A stretch of 64,000 nt of DNA from an uncultured delta proteobacterium. GTDB lineage: Bacteria; Myxococcota_A; Polyangia; Fen-1088. The notes beneath the pieces were generated by a model. It had not been told where the DNA came from, searched no databases, and saw nothing but the letters and a program-made list of their open reading frames with translations. This document shows, piece after piece, positions 21,362-30,516 of the stretch. Where the stretch lies: assembly GCA_963796685.1 (NCBI GenBank), contig CAWCMR010000009.1, forward strand, positions 329,037 through 393,036, given 5' to 3'. How positions within the stretch are numbered: position 1 is the first letter of the stretch; each line of letters begins with the position of its first letter. The position numbers and the translations under genes are program-made.

Positions 21362-22855
21362 TCAACGGCGCTGGTAGGCGACAATCTCCGACTGGGGACA
21401 GTCGCAAATCGTCAGATGGGCGGTCGAGGTGCGGTGGACGACTTGCCACGCGGGATTGTCGCGCAGGGACGGCAGCCACCCGGGGAACGTGGACAGAATG
21501 CGCAGACCGGCCATCTCGCGTTCGCGCGCCGGCTCATGGTGCAGGTGCCGGTGATCGTTGAGCCCGACCAGGTCAACGATGCGACGATGGGAAAAATAGC
21601 GGGCCGCTCCCGCGTCGGTTGCACCGATGGTTTCGTCCTCCGGCGTGTTGTCGCGCAACCATTTGGCCATAGCCACGTCCAACTCCTCGATGTTCTGACA
21701 GTTCCAGGCGAACAGGTCGGCGCTTCGATGCACGGCCGCGGGCAAGTCGAGGATCGAGCCCAGCACCAGGATCGGGACGCCGATGGCATACGCCGGCGCC
21801 CACGCGCGCTGCCGTGCCCGCCACGCCCACGCGATGGCGGTGACGGCTCCGACCGCGAGCGCGACGAGCAGAAGCGCGTGCGCGGGCAGAAGGTAGCGCT
21901 GCCAATAGAAGGGCAGCGGCTCGGCGAGGAGCCGCGAGGCCGCGACCGCGAAGAAGAGCAGCACCGGAAGCGCGGCGAGGAGCCCCGCCACCAGGCCGCG
22001 GCGAAAGAGCACGACGGCCCCGATTCCCCACAACGCGACGCCGGCCCCGCGCGCAAACCACGGCCATGACGGCAGCACCACGGTGAAGATGGCCTCCAGG
22101 TTGTGCGCGAAGAAGTCCTGCCGGCTCGAGAATTTCGCGTAGAACGTGCTCGGCAGGGGGTAGCCGGACACGAGCAAGCAGTAGAGCATCCATCCGCCGA
22201 CCAGCACGATGGTGGGCGTCAGGACCAGCAGCCGCGCGCGTGCCGAAGCACGCGCCTGGTGGAAGCGCCATTCGATGATGGCGAGTACCAGCAAGGTCAA
22301 CAAGGCCAGCTCGGGTCTGGCCAGGGGCGCCAGCGCCGCCGAAAGAGCGGCCAAGTGGTAGGAGTCGGCCGTGAGATCGCCGAGCGCCCACAGCGCGAGC
22401 GCGGCAGCGAGCATGACCTCCATGCCCGAGACCTGGGCGAAGGCCAGGGCAGGATCTGCCGCGATGGCGAGGCCGGCGGTCAGCTCGGCGGCCAACCCGA
22501 ATTTCAACCCGCGCAGCAGACGGGCGGCGCCAAGACTTGCCCACACCGCCGTCAACACGCCCGTGAGCTTGGCCGGGAGCACGACGCCGATGCCGAAGAG
22601 CCGCGCGGCCCAGCTCGCCGGCACGAGAAGCACCGCCCACAGCGGGCTCGTCGAGCCGGTCTCGAGCTGTCCGGGGTTGTAAGCGAAACCGTGCAGGGCG
22701 GCCAGGCTGCGCGCGTAGACCAGGTGAATCCAGGCGTCGTCGAGCGGCAGCCCCGCGAGCGCGGCGGCGGTCCCCGGCGCGCGATCGAGCACAAAGTAGA
22801 GAGCCATCGCCAGGTGCGCGACGAGAAAAATCAGCGCCAGCTTCACGAGCGACAT
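21362..22855 (-). CDS. Polytopic membrane protein, possibly a GT-C-type glycosyltransferase
   Basis: More than 10 predicted TM helices. The DDAWIHLVYARSLAALHGFAYNPG...TSPLW motif resembles GT-C/arabinosyltransferase-like membrane proteins (from memory, unverified). Soluble C-terminal domain. Start set at ATG 22855 (MSLVKL). Confidence 0.55.
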   Translation of the reverse strand: MSLVKLALIFLVAHLAMALYFVLDRAPGTAAALAGLPLDDAWIHLVYARSLAALHGFAYNPGQLETGSTSPLWAVLLVPASWAARLFGIGVVLPAKLTGVLTAVWASLGAARLLRGLKFGLAAELTAGLAIAADPALAFAQVSGMEVMLAAALALWALGDLTADSYHLAALSAALAPLARPELALLTLLVLAIIEWRFHQARASARARLLVLTPTIVLVGGWMLYCLLVSGYPLPSTFYAKFSSRQDFFAHNLEAIFTVVLPSWPWFARGAGVALWGIGAVVLFRRGLVAGLLAALPVLLFFAVAASRLLAEPLPFYWQRYLLPAHALLLVALAVGAVTAIAWAWRARQRAWAPAYAIGVPILVLGSILDLPAAVHRSADLFAWNCQNIEELDVAMAKWLRDNTPEDETIGATDAGAARYFSHRRIVDLVGLNDHRHLHHEPAREREMAGLRILSTFPGWLPSLRDNPAWQVVHRTSTAHLTICDCPQSEIVAYQRR

Positions 22856-22969
22856 GAAAGGCTCACTCCGCGCATGCGTCCGCGCTTCTACCATGCGGGC
22901 GCGGATCCGGGTTGATCAGCCCGCCGTCCCGATCCGAGGCCGAGCCGCAGCCGCCGGCTCGAAATGAGG

Positions 22970-23839
22970 CTAGAAACCGCCGGCAGGCGCGGTACAGCTC
23001 GTAGCCGGACTCCCCCACCAGCTGATGGCGGCGAAGGAGTACGTGCCGCCACTGATCTGGAGCACGTTGTAGCCGTTCTTCGGCGTGAGTGCCGCCTGGT
23101 TCTTGCCGTCGGTACAAGTCATCGTGGTGCCGTTGACCACCACCGTGCGCCCGGCAAAGTTGCTGCAGTTCCAGCCAAGGATGGTGTCACAGGTATACAC
23201 GCAGATCGCATCCACCGTGTTCAGCGAGAAATTGCCCTGGGTTTTACCTGATCCCATCGCGATCAGCGTGGGGTTGGAACACGGCCCTGGAGGCCCATCC
23301 GGCCCTGGCTCCGGAGCCGGTTCCGGTCCCGGCTCAGGTCCTGGCTCGAGTCCAGCCTCGACGCTAGGCTCTGGCCCTGGCTCCGGGCCCGATTTCGGTT
23401 CCGCGCCCGGCTCTGCTCTCGGCAGCTCGGGACCTGGCTCGGCACCGGGTTCCTTGTCGGCCTGAGCATCGTAGGGAGTCGACGCGGTGTCGGTGCCATC
23501 CGCGCGAGTGTCCTTATTGACCTCGGCCACATCGGCCGTGTCGGGCGCGGTGGGTGGAACGTCTAGGCCAGCGTCGGGCTTGACGATGGCGGTTTCTTCT
23601 CCCCAGGGCTGATCCGACGGCGAATCCTCAGCCGTGTCGTTCTTGGCATCGTCGCCAGGCGGGTTGCTCTGATTCGGGTCGTCCGAGCAGGTGGGGGACG
23701 TGCTGGTGGGACATTTCTCACTGACGACTTTTGGCTTCGTCAGGCTCACGCAACCGACGGCAAGCAGCCCAGGCAAGAGCATCGCCGATAAGAATCCGAG
23801 GATGCGTTTGTCAACCAAGACTCGGTCTGGAAACTTCAT
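22970..23839 (-). CDS. Lipoprotein with acidic/PEPG-repeat linker and a Cys/Trp-containing C-terminal domain (possible carbohydrate-binding module)
   Basis: Lipobox LLAVGC, then a long low-complexity (E/G)P-rich region, then a C-terminal ~100 aa with several Cys and WW. No family assigned. Confidence 0.55.
   Translation of the reverse strand: MKFPDRVLVDKRILGFLSAMLLPGLLAVGCVSLTKPKVVSEKCPTSTSPTCSDDPNQSNPPGDDAKNDTAEDSPSDQPWGEETAIVKPDAGLDVPPTAPDTADVAEVNKDTRADGTDTASTPYDAQADKEPGAEPGPELPRAEPGAEPKSGPEPGPEPSVEAGLEPGPEPGPEPAPEPGPDGPPGPCSNPTLIAMGSGKTQGNFSLNTVDAICVYTCDTILGWNCSNFAGRTVVVNGTTMTCTDGKNQAALTPKNGYNVLQISGGTYSFAAISWWGSPATSCTAPAGGF
23283..23453 (-). repeat. In-frame degenerate tandem repeat encoding (P-E-P-G)n
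   Basis: Repeating GGNCCNGGNTCN-type units read directly. They translate to EPGPEPGPEPAPEPGP within the 22970..23839 CDS. Confidence 0.6.
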
Positions 23840-23941
23840 AGATCTCTATTGTCGGGCTTTGGCCCGGTTTTGTGAAGCCTCTATGGCAACTTTGGGGGAA
23901 CGCGGCACGCGTGCGCGTGGCAGATATCACACTTCCGTGGG

Positions 23942-25585
23942 TTGCCAGTGCCCTACGATCCTCCACCCGTCTCCACGCGAACTTTGACGTGCGGTACCAA
24001 AGAATGTCTGATAGTCTCGAGATCTGCGGACTTTGACGTGATTGGGAAACACATCAACAACTACGAGGTCGTCTCGCTGCTGGGCGAGGGCGGAATGGGA
24101 ACCGTCTATCTTGCCCTCCACCCGATCATGGGTCGGAAAGCGGCCATCAAGGTCCTGAAGCCCGAGCTGGCCCGAGACGAATCCCTGGTCATGCGTTTCT
24201 TCAACGAAGCGCGCGCGGCCAACGCCATTCGCCATCCCAACATCATCGACATCATCGACGTCGGCCTCCTCCCCGAGGACAACGTGCCCTACATGTTGAT
24301 GGAGTTCCTGGAGGGCGAAAGCCTGGCCACGCGACTCGACCGCAGCCGGCCGCTGGACGTGAACACCGCGGTGGAGATCGCGTCCCAGACCGCCTCGGCC
24401 CTGGCGGCAGCCCACAGCAAGGGAATCGTCCACCGCGACCTCAAGCCCGACAACCTCTTCTTGGTGCCCGACGAGATGGTGGGCGGAGGCGAGCGGGTGA
24501 AGGTGCTGGATTTCGGCATCGCCAAGTTGCGCGATGACATGCGTGGCAGCTCGATGAAGACGCGCACCGGCGCCATCATGGGCACGGCCGCGTACATGTC
24601 GCCCGAGCAGTGTCAGGGCCTCATCGAAAAGCTCGACCACCGCACCGACGTCTACGCGCTTGGCATCATCCTGTACGAGATGCTCTGTGGCGCCCCGCCC
24701 TTCCTCAGCGAGGGCTTCGGCGACATCATCATCATGCACGTCATGAAGGAGCCGGAAGACCCGCAGCACAAGAATCCGCGGGTGCCGAACGAGGTCAGCG
24801 CGGCCATCCTGCGTGCGCTGGCCAAGAGCCCGGACGATCGGTTCCAATCCATGCTGGAATTCCAGACGGCACTGCGCGGCCACGGTAATGCCCACAGCAC
24901 GCCCGTGCACGGCATGCCATCGGTCGGCACCACGGCGATCCTGGATGAGCAGCCCTCCGGGCACGCGCGGCGCTCGGGGGTTGCCTTCGACCAGACCATG
25001 GCCACCCCCGCGCCGGTTTCGCTGCGACCGGGGTCGGTTCCGCCCTCGCGCATTCCGACCCGGCCAGGCTCGGTTCCGCCTTCACACATTTCGACCGTGG
25101 TCGAGCCGGTCGCCAGCCCCAGGCAGAGCACCACCTTCCGCAATGCTACCGGCGAGATCTCCCACACCGACCTCACCTCGCCCGGCAAGAGCCGGACCGT
25201 CATCGCGGTCGCTTCAATCGTCGGCCTGGCTGGCATCGGGCTCGCCATCACCCTGGTCGTGACGCGACCATCGAATCATCCCACCGCGCCGGTCCAACCA
25301 GCGGCCACCCTGCCCGCGCCGGCCGCTGCCCCAGCGGCGGAGCCCGAACGCCTTCCGGCTTTCGAGCCTCCCTCACCCCCGCCGACCGCCGCGGCCCCGA
25401 CGGTCCGAACCGAGCCGCCCCCAACCCAAGAGGACCAGGAGGACAAAGAAGAGGGCAAACACCACAAGAAAGGGCCTCCCGGAAGGCCGCACAGGGCCGT
25501 CGAGAGAGCTGTGGAAAGGGAAAGAAGGCCCACCGAACCCTCGACACCATCCTCGACGGAGGACAAGAGCACCGAGCGCTGGTAG
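23942..25585 (+). CDS. Ser/Thr protein kinase with one TM helix and a Pro-rich C-terminal tail
   Basis: LGEGGMGTVYLA, HRDLKPDN, DFG, SPEQ motifs. TM segment VIAVASIVGLAGIGLAITLVV. Start uncertain (TTG 23942 or GTG 24038). Confidence 0.85.
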   Translation: MPVPYDPPPVSTRTLTCGTKECLIVSRSADFDVIGKHINNYEVVSLLGEGGMGTVYLALHPIMGRKAAIKVLKPELARDESLVMRFFNEARAANAIRHPNIIDIIDVGLLPEDNVPYMLMEFLEGESLATRLDRSRPLDVNTAVEIASQTASALAAAHSKGIVHRDLKPDNLFLVPDEMVGGGERVKVLDFGIAKLRDDMRGSSMKTRTGAIMGTAAYMSPEQCQGLIEKLDHRTDVYALGIILYEMLCGAPPFLSEGFGDIIIMHVMKEPEDPQHKNPRVPNEVSAAILRALAKSPDDRFQSMLEFQTALRGHGNAHSTPVHGMPSVGTTAILDEQPSGHARRSGVAFDQTMATPAPVSLRPGSVPPSRIPTRPGSVPPSHISTVVEPVASPRQSTTFRNATGEISHTDLTSPGKSRTVIAVASIVGLAGIGLAITLVVTRPSNHPTAPVQPAATLPAPAAAPAAEPERLPAFEPPSPPPTAAAPTVRTEPPPTQEDQEDKEEGKHHKKGPPGRPHRAVERAVERERRPTEPSTPSSTEDKSTERW

Positions 25586-25616
25586 TCGGGCGCCGGGACC
25601 ATCGAGCGATCGCCGC

Positions 25617-27014
25617 TCAGGTCACGCCCTTGCTCTGCCAGGCACCGCTCCGCCAACGCCACCCATTGACCACGGCGCGGGTCCATTCGTCGACGGCCAT
25701 GCCGAGCCAGATGCCGATCACCCCCCACCCCACACCAAAAGCCAGGGCGAAGGCGGAGCCGATGCCCACGGTCCACATGAGCGTCGACCCGACGATGGCC
25801 GGAAAACGCGAATCGCCTGAGGCACGCAGGGAGAAGGTGATGGCGATGTTGGCCGCCTTCGCCGGTTGCACCAGGACATCGACCCAGAGGAGCAGCGCGC
25901 CCAGGGCCACGATGCTCGGATCGCGGGAGAAAAGTCCAAGCAGCCAGTGACCGCACCCCGCGAGCACGAGCGACGTGACGAAGGAAAGGCTCGCGCCCCA
26001 GGCCACCGCGGCCTTGAGCCGCCGGTTTGCGGTCGCATGGTCCCGCGCACCCACCAGATGGGAGACCAAGATCTGGGCGCCGAATCCGAGCCCGTAGCTG
26101 AAGAGGACGGGCAGATTGGCCAGGTTGGCCGCGTACACGCGAGCCGTGAGCGCCAAGGTGCCGAGGCGAACGACCTGACTTGCCAGCGCCACCTGGAAAA
26201 GCTGGTAGGCGACGGGCTCGATCGCCGAGGGCACGCCGATGCGAACGAGGTGGTGCAGGACTCGCTTCCAGCCGAGCAACAGAAGCAACCACGAGGGATG
26301 AAAACCGAGGAGCCGAATCACCAAGGCCAATGTGCCGAGGCTGACCAATCCCCATGACAGGGTGGTGGCCATCGCCACCCCTTGCACGCCGAGACAGGGA
26401 AGCCCGAAGAGCCGGCCTACGAAAAGCAGGTTGAAGAGCACGTTCAGGCCGACGATGGCGATGGAAACGCCCAAGTTCCACAGGGTCAGGCCGCGCGCCG
26501 CGAGCAGATTGGTCAGCCCGGCGATGAGCGCGCGTCCCACGAACCCGGCGCCGATGATGCGCAGAAACTCGACCGAGTGTCGGGCAATGTTCCCGCGCAA
26601 TCCCAGCACGTAGACGACCCACGGGGAAGACAAACTGAGCAGCGCCCCGAGCGCGAGCCCGCCGCAGGCAAGCAGCGAAACCATGAGCGTGAAGGTGGCG
26701 GCGGCAAGGCGTGGACGGCCTGACCCGAGGTACTGTCCCGCGACACCCGCCCCCGCTTGCCCCAGGGCATTGAGCATGGTTTGAAGCAGGACGAATACCG
26801 GCAAGGTCGCGCCCACGCCGGCGGCGGCATCATCGGAGACGCGCGAGAGGAACCACGAATCGATGATGGGCCCGGAGATGCCCACGGCCAGCGTGATCAT
26901 GACAGGCCAGGAGATGGCGAGCAGGGACTGCTCGTGAACCGCGGCCGGACGAGGCCTCGACGCTACGGCCGATCGGTCGAAATGGAGGCCGGCGGCGCCG
27001 GGATCTTGGGGCAT
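25617..27014 (-). CDS. MATE-family efflux transporter
   Basis: 465-aa 12-TM ORF with two homologous halves and MATE-like sequence. Confidence 0.8.
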   Translation of the reverse strand: MPQDPGAAGLHFDRSAVASRPRPAAVHEQSLLAISWPVMITLAVGISGPIIDSWFLSRVSDDAAAGVGATLPVFVLLQTMLNALGQAGAGVAGQYLGSGRPRLAAATFTLMVSLLACGGLALGALLSLSSPWVVYVLGLRGNIARHSVEFLRIIGAGFVGRALIAGLTNLLAARGLTLWNLGVSIAIVGLNVLFNLLFVGRLFGLPCLGVQGVAMATTLSWGLVSLGTLALVIRLLGFHPSWLLLLLGWKRVLHHLVRIGVPSAIEPVAYQLFQVALASQVVRLGTLALTARVYAANLANLPVLFSYGLGFGAQILVSHLVGARDHATANRRLKAAVAWGASLSFVTSLVLAGCGHWLLGLFSRDPSIVALGALLLWVDVLVQPAKAANIAITFSLRASGDSRFPAIVGSTLMWTVGIGSAFALAFGVGWGVIGIWLGMAVDEWTRAVVNGWRWRSGAWQSKGVT

Positions 27015-27030
27015 CTACTTCCTAGGGGTA

Positions 27031-27948
27031 TTACTCTTGAGGAGCTCGGGGTGAGAAGGCAAATCGCAGGCCTCGGTTGTAGCTTTCGGCCTTGGTGCTC
27101 GCGTGGCCCTCGCCTTCCACCACGCGGAAGTCGTAGGCAAGACCCGGATAGGCCCGCTCACGCAGGCGAGCATCGAAGCGCTTGACGCCATCGAGGATCA
27201 GGGCGGGATCTTTCTCGGCATAGGTCACGAACAGGCGCGCGCCGAGGGGCCTTCCGCCGCGATGGAACGCGTCTTCGAAGCCGAGCAACCAATCCTCGGC
27301 CCACTGAGCCGCCGGGCTGGGCGCGACGTAGGCGGCAAAAAGCCCTGGCTGCGCGAACATGGCGTACAGGGTGAACAAGCCCCCGAGCGAGCTGCCCGCG
27401 AGCACGCGGTAGGAGGGATCGCCGCGGTACTCGCGTTCGACGAGGGGAATGATCTCGTGCTCGAGGACGGATAGGAACTCCTCCGCGTGTCCGCTCGGCC
27501 CGTCGTAACTCGCGCCCTCGTACTTGGCCGGGACCGGCGTGAGATCCCAGCGGCGCAAGCGGCCATAGTCGGGTCTGTCGCCCGGGTAGCCGAGGCCGAC
27601 GACGATGATCTCCGGGATCGCCTTGTCGACCAGGAGATTGCCGGAGAGGGCCTTGACCAGGTTGAAGTCCCAGTAGCCGTCGCAAAGATAGAGCACAGGA
27701 TAGCGCCGTTCCGGATCGTCCTCGAACGATTCGGGCAGCCCGACGTAGAGCTGGTACATCCGCCCGTTCGCGGCTCGCGGGAGCACGCGCACCTCGCTGC
27801 CCGCCACGATCTGGCGCGGGAAGGGTCCACGCGACGGGCTCTCGCAGTCGTGCGACGAACAACCACCCGGAGAGCTCGCGCAACCGGCGACAACCGCCAT
27901 GGCGGTCCACAGGGCACGCGGGCTGCGACTGGGCACGAGAGCGAGCAT
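27031..27948 (-). CDS. Alpha/beta hydrolase of the putative-esterase (IroE/Fes-like) type, lipoprotein
   Basis: YPVLYLCDGYWDF and the nucleophile elbow GSSLGG. Start set at ATG 27948 (MLALV...VVAGC lipobox), because the longer ORF to 28077 would overlap the divergent kinase gene. Confidence 0.7.
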   Translation of the reverse strand: MLALVPSRSPRALWTAMAVVAGCASSPGGCSSHDCESPSRGPFPRQIVAGSEVRVLPRAANGRMYQLYVGLPESFEDDPERRYPVLYLCDGYWDFNLVKALSGNLLVDKAIPEIIVVGLGYPGDRPDYGRLRRWDLTPVPAKYEGASYDGPSGHAEEFLSVLEHEIIPLVEREYRGDPSYRVLAGSSLGGLFTLYAMFAQPGLFAAYVAPSPAAQWAEDWLLGFEDAFHRGGRPLGARLFVTYAEKDPALILDGVKRFDARLRERAYPGLAYDFRVVEGEGHASTKAESYNRGLRFAFSPRAPQE

Positions 27949-28037
27949 GACGAGGAAGATAGACGAAAAACGTCGTTCCGTGATCCGCCGGGCTCGCTGC
28001 CATCGTCTTTTCCCGGCAGAAAGGGTATCCTCACGCC

Positions 28038-29501
28038 ATGGGCGACGGAGAGAAGAGCCGTCGAGCGCTCGACGCAACCATTCTGGTCAAGGGCTCGTCT
28101 ACTGGCGACGCAGGCTCGATTGCCGACGGTCTTGCAGGTACCCGGCTGCAACACTTCGCGCTGGTGCGCCTGCTCGGGCGCGGCGGCATGGGCGCGGTGT
28201 ATTACGGCACCGACCTATCCCTGGATCGCCCGGTGGCCATCAAGGTGCTGGCCCTCGATGTCGCGCAGGATCCGGAGATCGTCGACCGTTTCGTGCTGGA
28301 GGCACGCGCCCAGGCCCGCCTGCGCCATCCCAACGTCGCGCAGATCTTCTTCATCGGCCAGGACCGCGGTTTTCACTTCTTCGTCATGGAGTACCTGGAG
28401 GGGCCGGGCCTCGATGCCTTGCTGGCCAAGGGCGCGCCCTTGCCGGTGGCCGATGCCTTGGACTACACCCTGGCGGCGGCGCGCGGCCTGCGCGCGGCCT
28501 TGGCGCATGGCTTCGTCCACCGCGACGTCAAGCCCTCGAACCTGATGCTCGACCACGAAGCGGGGATCAAGATCCTCGATTTCGGGCTGGTCAAGAGCAT
28601 GCACGGCGACTCTCAGCTCACTCGCGACGGCGCCATCATCGGCTCGCCGCTGTACATGTCGCCCGAGCAGGGACGCGGTCAGGTGGCCGATCACCGCTCC
28701 GACATTTACTCGCTCGGCTGCACCCTCTTCCACATGCTGTGCGGGCGGCCGCCCTTTGCCGGACCTTCGCCGGTCGGCATCATCACCATGCACGTCACGG
28801 ATCGCGCGCCCGCCGTGCGCGACCTCAATGCCAAGGTGCCACAGGCCGTGGCTCGCATCGTCGAGCGCATGATTGCCAAGAAACCCGACGATCGCTTCGC
28901 CGACTACGACGAGCTGATCGCCGCGCTGGAGGCCGCGCGCGCGCCTCGCCGGGAGCTCGGCGGCATGGGAGCACGAGGGATCGCGCTCGGCATCGATAGC
29001 CTGTTGCTGCTGGCGGCCGCGTACTTCATCCGCCTTTGGGTGCTGCCGCTCGCCCTGGTCTACTTCGTCCTGTGTCATCGACTGCTCGGACAGACCCCGG
29101 GCAAGTGGCTGCTCGGCATTCGCGTCGAAGGCGCGACCGGCGGCCGCCTGACGTGGAAGGCTGCTCTCGTCCGATTCGCCGCATTTGCCTGGGGGCCCTT
29201 GGCCTGGACCCTGCTGGCGGGCTTCGTCTACACCGTACACGGCAACGAGCACGTGTCGTTCCAGCTCTCCAGCCTGACCTTGTCCGAGCTCGCGGTGCCC
29301 ATCGTCTACATCGCGCTCGCCACCGCCATCCTGGTCGGCTACCTGGCAGGATTCCTGCTGGTGGCGTTTCACCCCAAGCGGCAGGCCCTGCACGATCTGC
29401 TGGCCAAGACCGTGGTCTACATCAAGTCGCGCGCTCCCGCTGGCGAGATGGTCGAAGTCGTCAAGAGCACCACCGGCATCAGTCTATCGAGACACCGGTA
29501 G
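28038..29501 (+). CDS. Ser/Thr protein kinase fused to a C-terminal RDD-family membrane domain
   Basis: Kinase motifs LGRGGMGAVYYG, HRDVKPSN, DFG, SPEQ. The C-terminal ~170 aa has 3-4 TM helices with GIDSLLL...GQTPGKWLLGIRV...ALHDLLAKT, typical of RDD domains. Confidence 0.85.
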   Translation: MGDGEKSRRALDATILVKGSSTGDAGSIADGLAGTRLQHFALVRLLGRGGMGAVYYGTDLSLDRPVAIKVLALDVAQDPEIVDRFVLEARAQARLRHPNVAQIFFIGQDRGFHFFVMEYLEGPGLDALLAKGAPLPVADALDYTLAAARGLRAALAHGFVHRDVKPSNLMLDHEAGIKILDFGLVKSMHGDSQLTRDGAIIGSPLYMSPEQGRGQVADHRSDIYSLGCTLFHMLCGRPPFAGPSPVGIITMHVTDRAPAVRDLNAKVPQAVARIVERMIAKKPDDRFADYDELIAALEAARAPRRELGGMGARGIALGIDSLLLLAAAYFIRLWVLPLALVYFVLCHRLLGQTPGKWLLGIRVEGATGGRLTWKAALVRFAAFAWGPLAWTLLAGFVYTVHGNEHVSFQLSSLTLSELAVPIVYIALATAILVGYLAGFLLVAFHPKRQALHDLLAKTVVYIKSRAPAGEMVEVVKSTTGISLSRHR

Positions 29502-29523
29502 CCATCCTACTGCTCGGGGGCGA

Positions 29524-30336
29524 CTACTCGTTCCTGGCGTGCACCATGGGCACGAAGGCCACGCCCCGTTGCACGTGCCTTGCCACGGTGCCGTCGGCGC
29601 GCTTTTCCAGAATGACCAGCACATCGTGGGCCTCCTTCCCGACCGGCGCCACCAGGCGACCGCCGGGCTTGAGCTGGTCGATGAGCGCCTGGGGGACCTC
29701 GGGCGGCGCCGCGGTCAGGATGATACGGTCGAAGGGCGCCGCCTCCGGCCACCCGAGATAGCCGTCGCCGCAACGGGTCCTTATGCGACCGTGGCCGAGG
29801 CGATCGAGGTTGGCCCGCGCCTTCTGGCAGAGCGGCTCGACGATCTCGATCGAGTACACCTCTTTGGCCAGGTGGTCGAGGATGGCGGCCTGATATCCGG
29901 ACCCGGTTCCAATCTCGAGCACACGACTGTCGGGCTCGGGAGCCAGGAGGCTGCTCATCAGGGCCACGATGAAGGGGCGCGAGATGGTCTGCTCCCAACC
30001 TATCTGCAGCGCGGTGTCCTCGTAGGCGAAGGAGCGCTTCTCCTCCGGCATGTACTCCTCGCGGGGCTCGGCACGCATGGCTTGCAGGACCCTGCGATCG
30101 CTGATACCGCGGGACACGATGGTCGTGCGAATCATCTCCTCGCGCGCCTTGGCGTAGGATGCGGGCGCCGGGGAAACAGGCGCTGGGGCCGGCTCGGCCG
30201 CCGGAGCGAGATCGGATTCAGGCTTGGGCTTGGCCCGAGAGACGTAGCGGGTCGAGGCGCAGCCGGCCGAGAGACACGCACTGCCGAGCAAGACGAACCA
30301 CGCGATCGAAACGGAACGGGGAAAGATGCGCTTCAC
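29524..30336 (-). CDS. pcm: Protein-L-isoaspartate O-methyltransferase with predicted lipoprotein signal peptide
   Basis: LEIGTGSGYQAAIL SAM motif and Pcm-like sequence throughout. GTG 30336 is preceded by AGAGGA (SD) and encodes KRIFPRSVSIAWFVLLGSACLSAGC followed by a Pro/Ala linker. Confidence 0.8.
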   Translation of the reverse strand: MKRIFPRSVSIAWFVLLGSACLSAGCASTRYVSRAKPKPESDLAPAAEPAPAPVSPAPASYAKAREEMIRTTIVSRGISDRRVLQAMRAEPREEYMPEEKRSFAYEDTALQIGWEQTISRPFIVALMSSLLAPEPDSRVLEIGTGSGYQAAILDHLAKEVYSIEIVEPLCQKARANLDRLGHGRIRTRCGDGYLGWPEAAPFDRIILTAAPPEVPQALIDQLKPGGRLVAPVGKEAHDVLVILEKRADGTVARHVQRGVAFVPMVHARNE

Positions 30337-30516
30337 TTCAATTTCCTCTAAGCGGTGGCGAAAAGGCGGGTGCGGGAAAAGTATGACCTCGCTCGCCATC
30401 CCCATCCAGGGCGATTGCGCTCGCCCCTCCCGCTTTTCGCGACTGCGGAACCTGCAGCTCTTGGGCCGGGACGGAAGCCGGCTCGACCAGCACTTCACGG
30501 ACCCGTGGGCGGCTGA

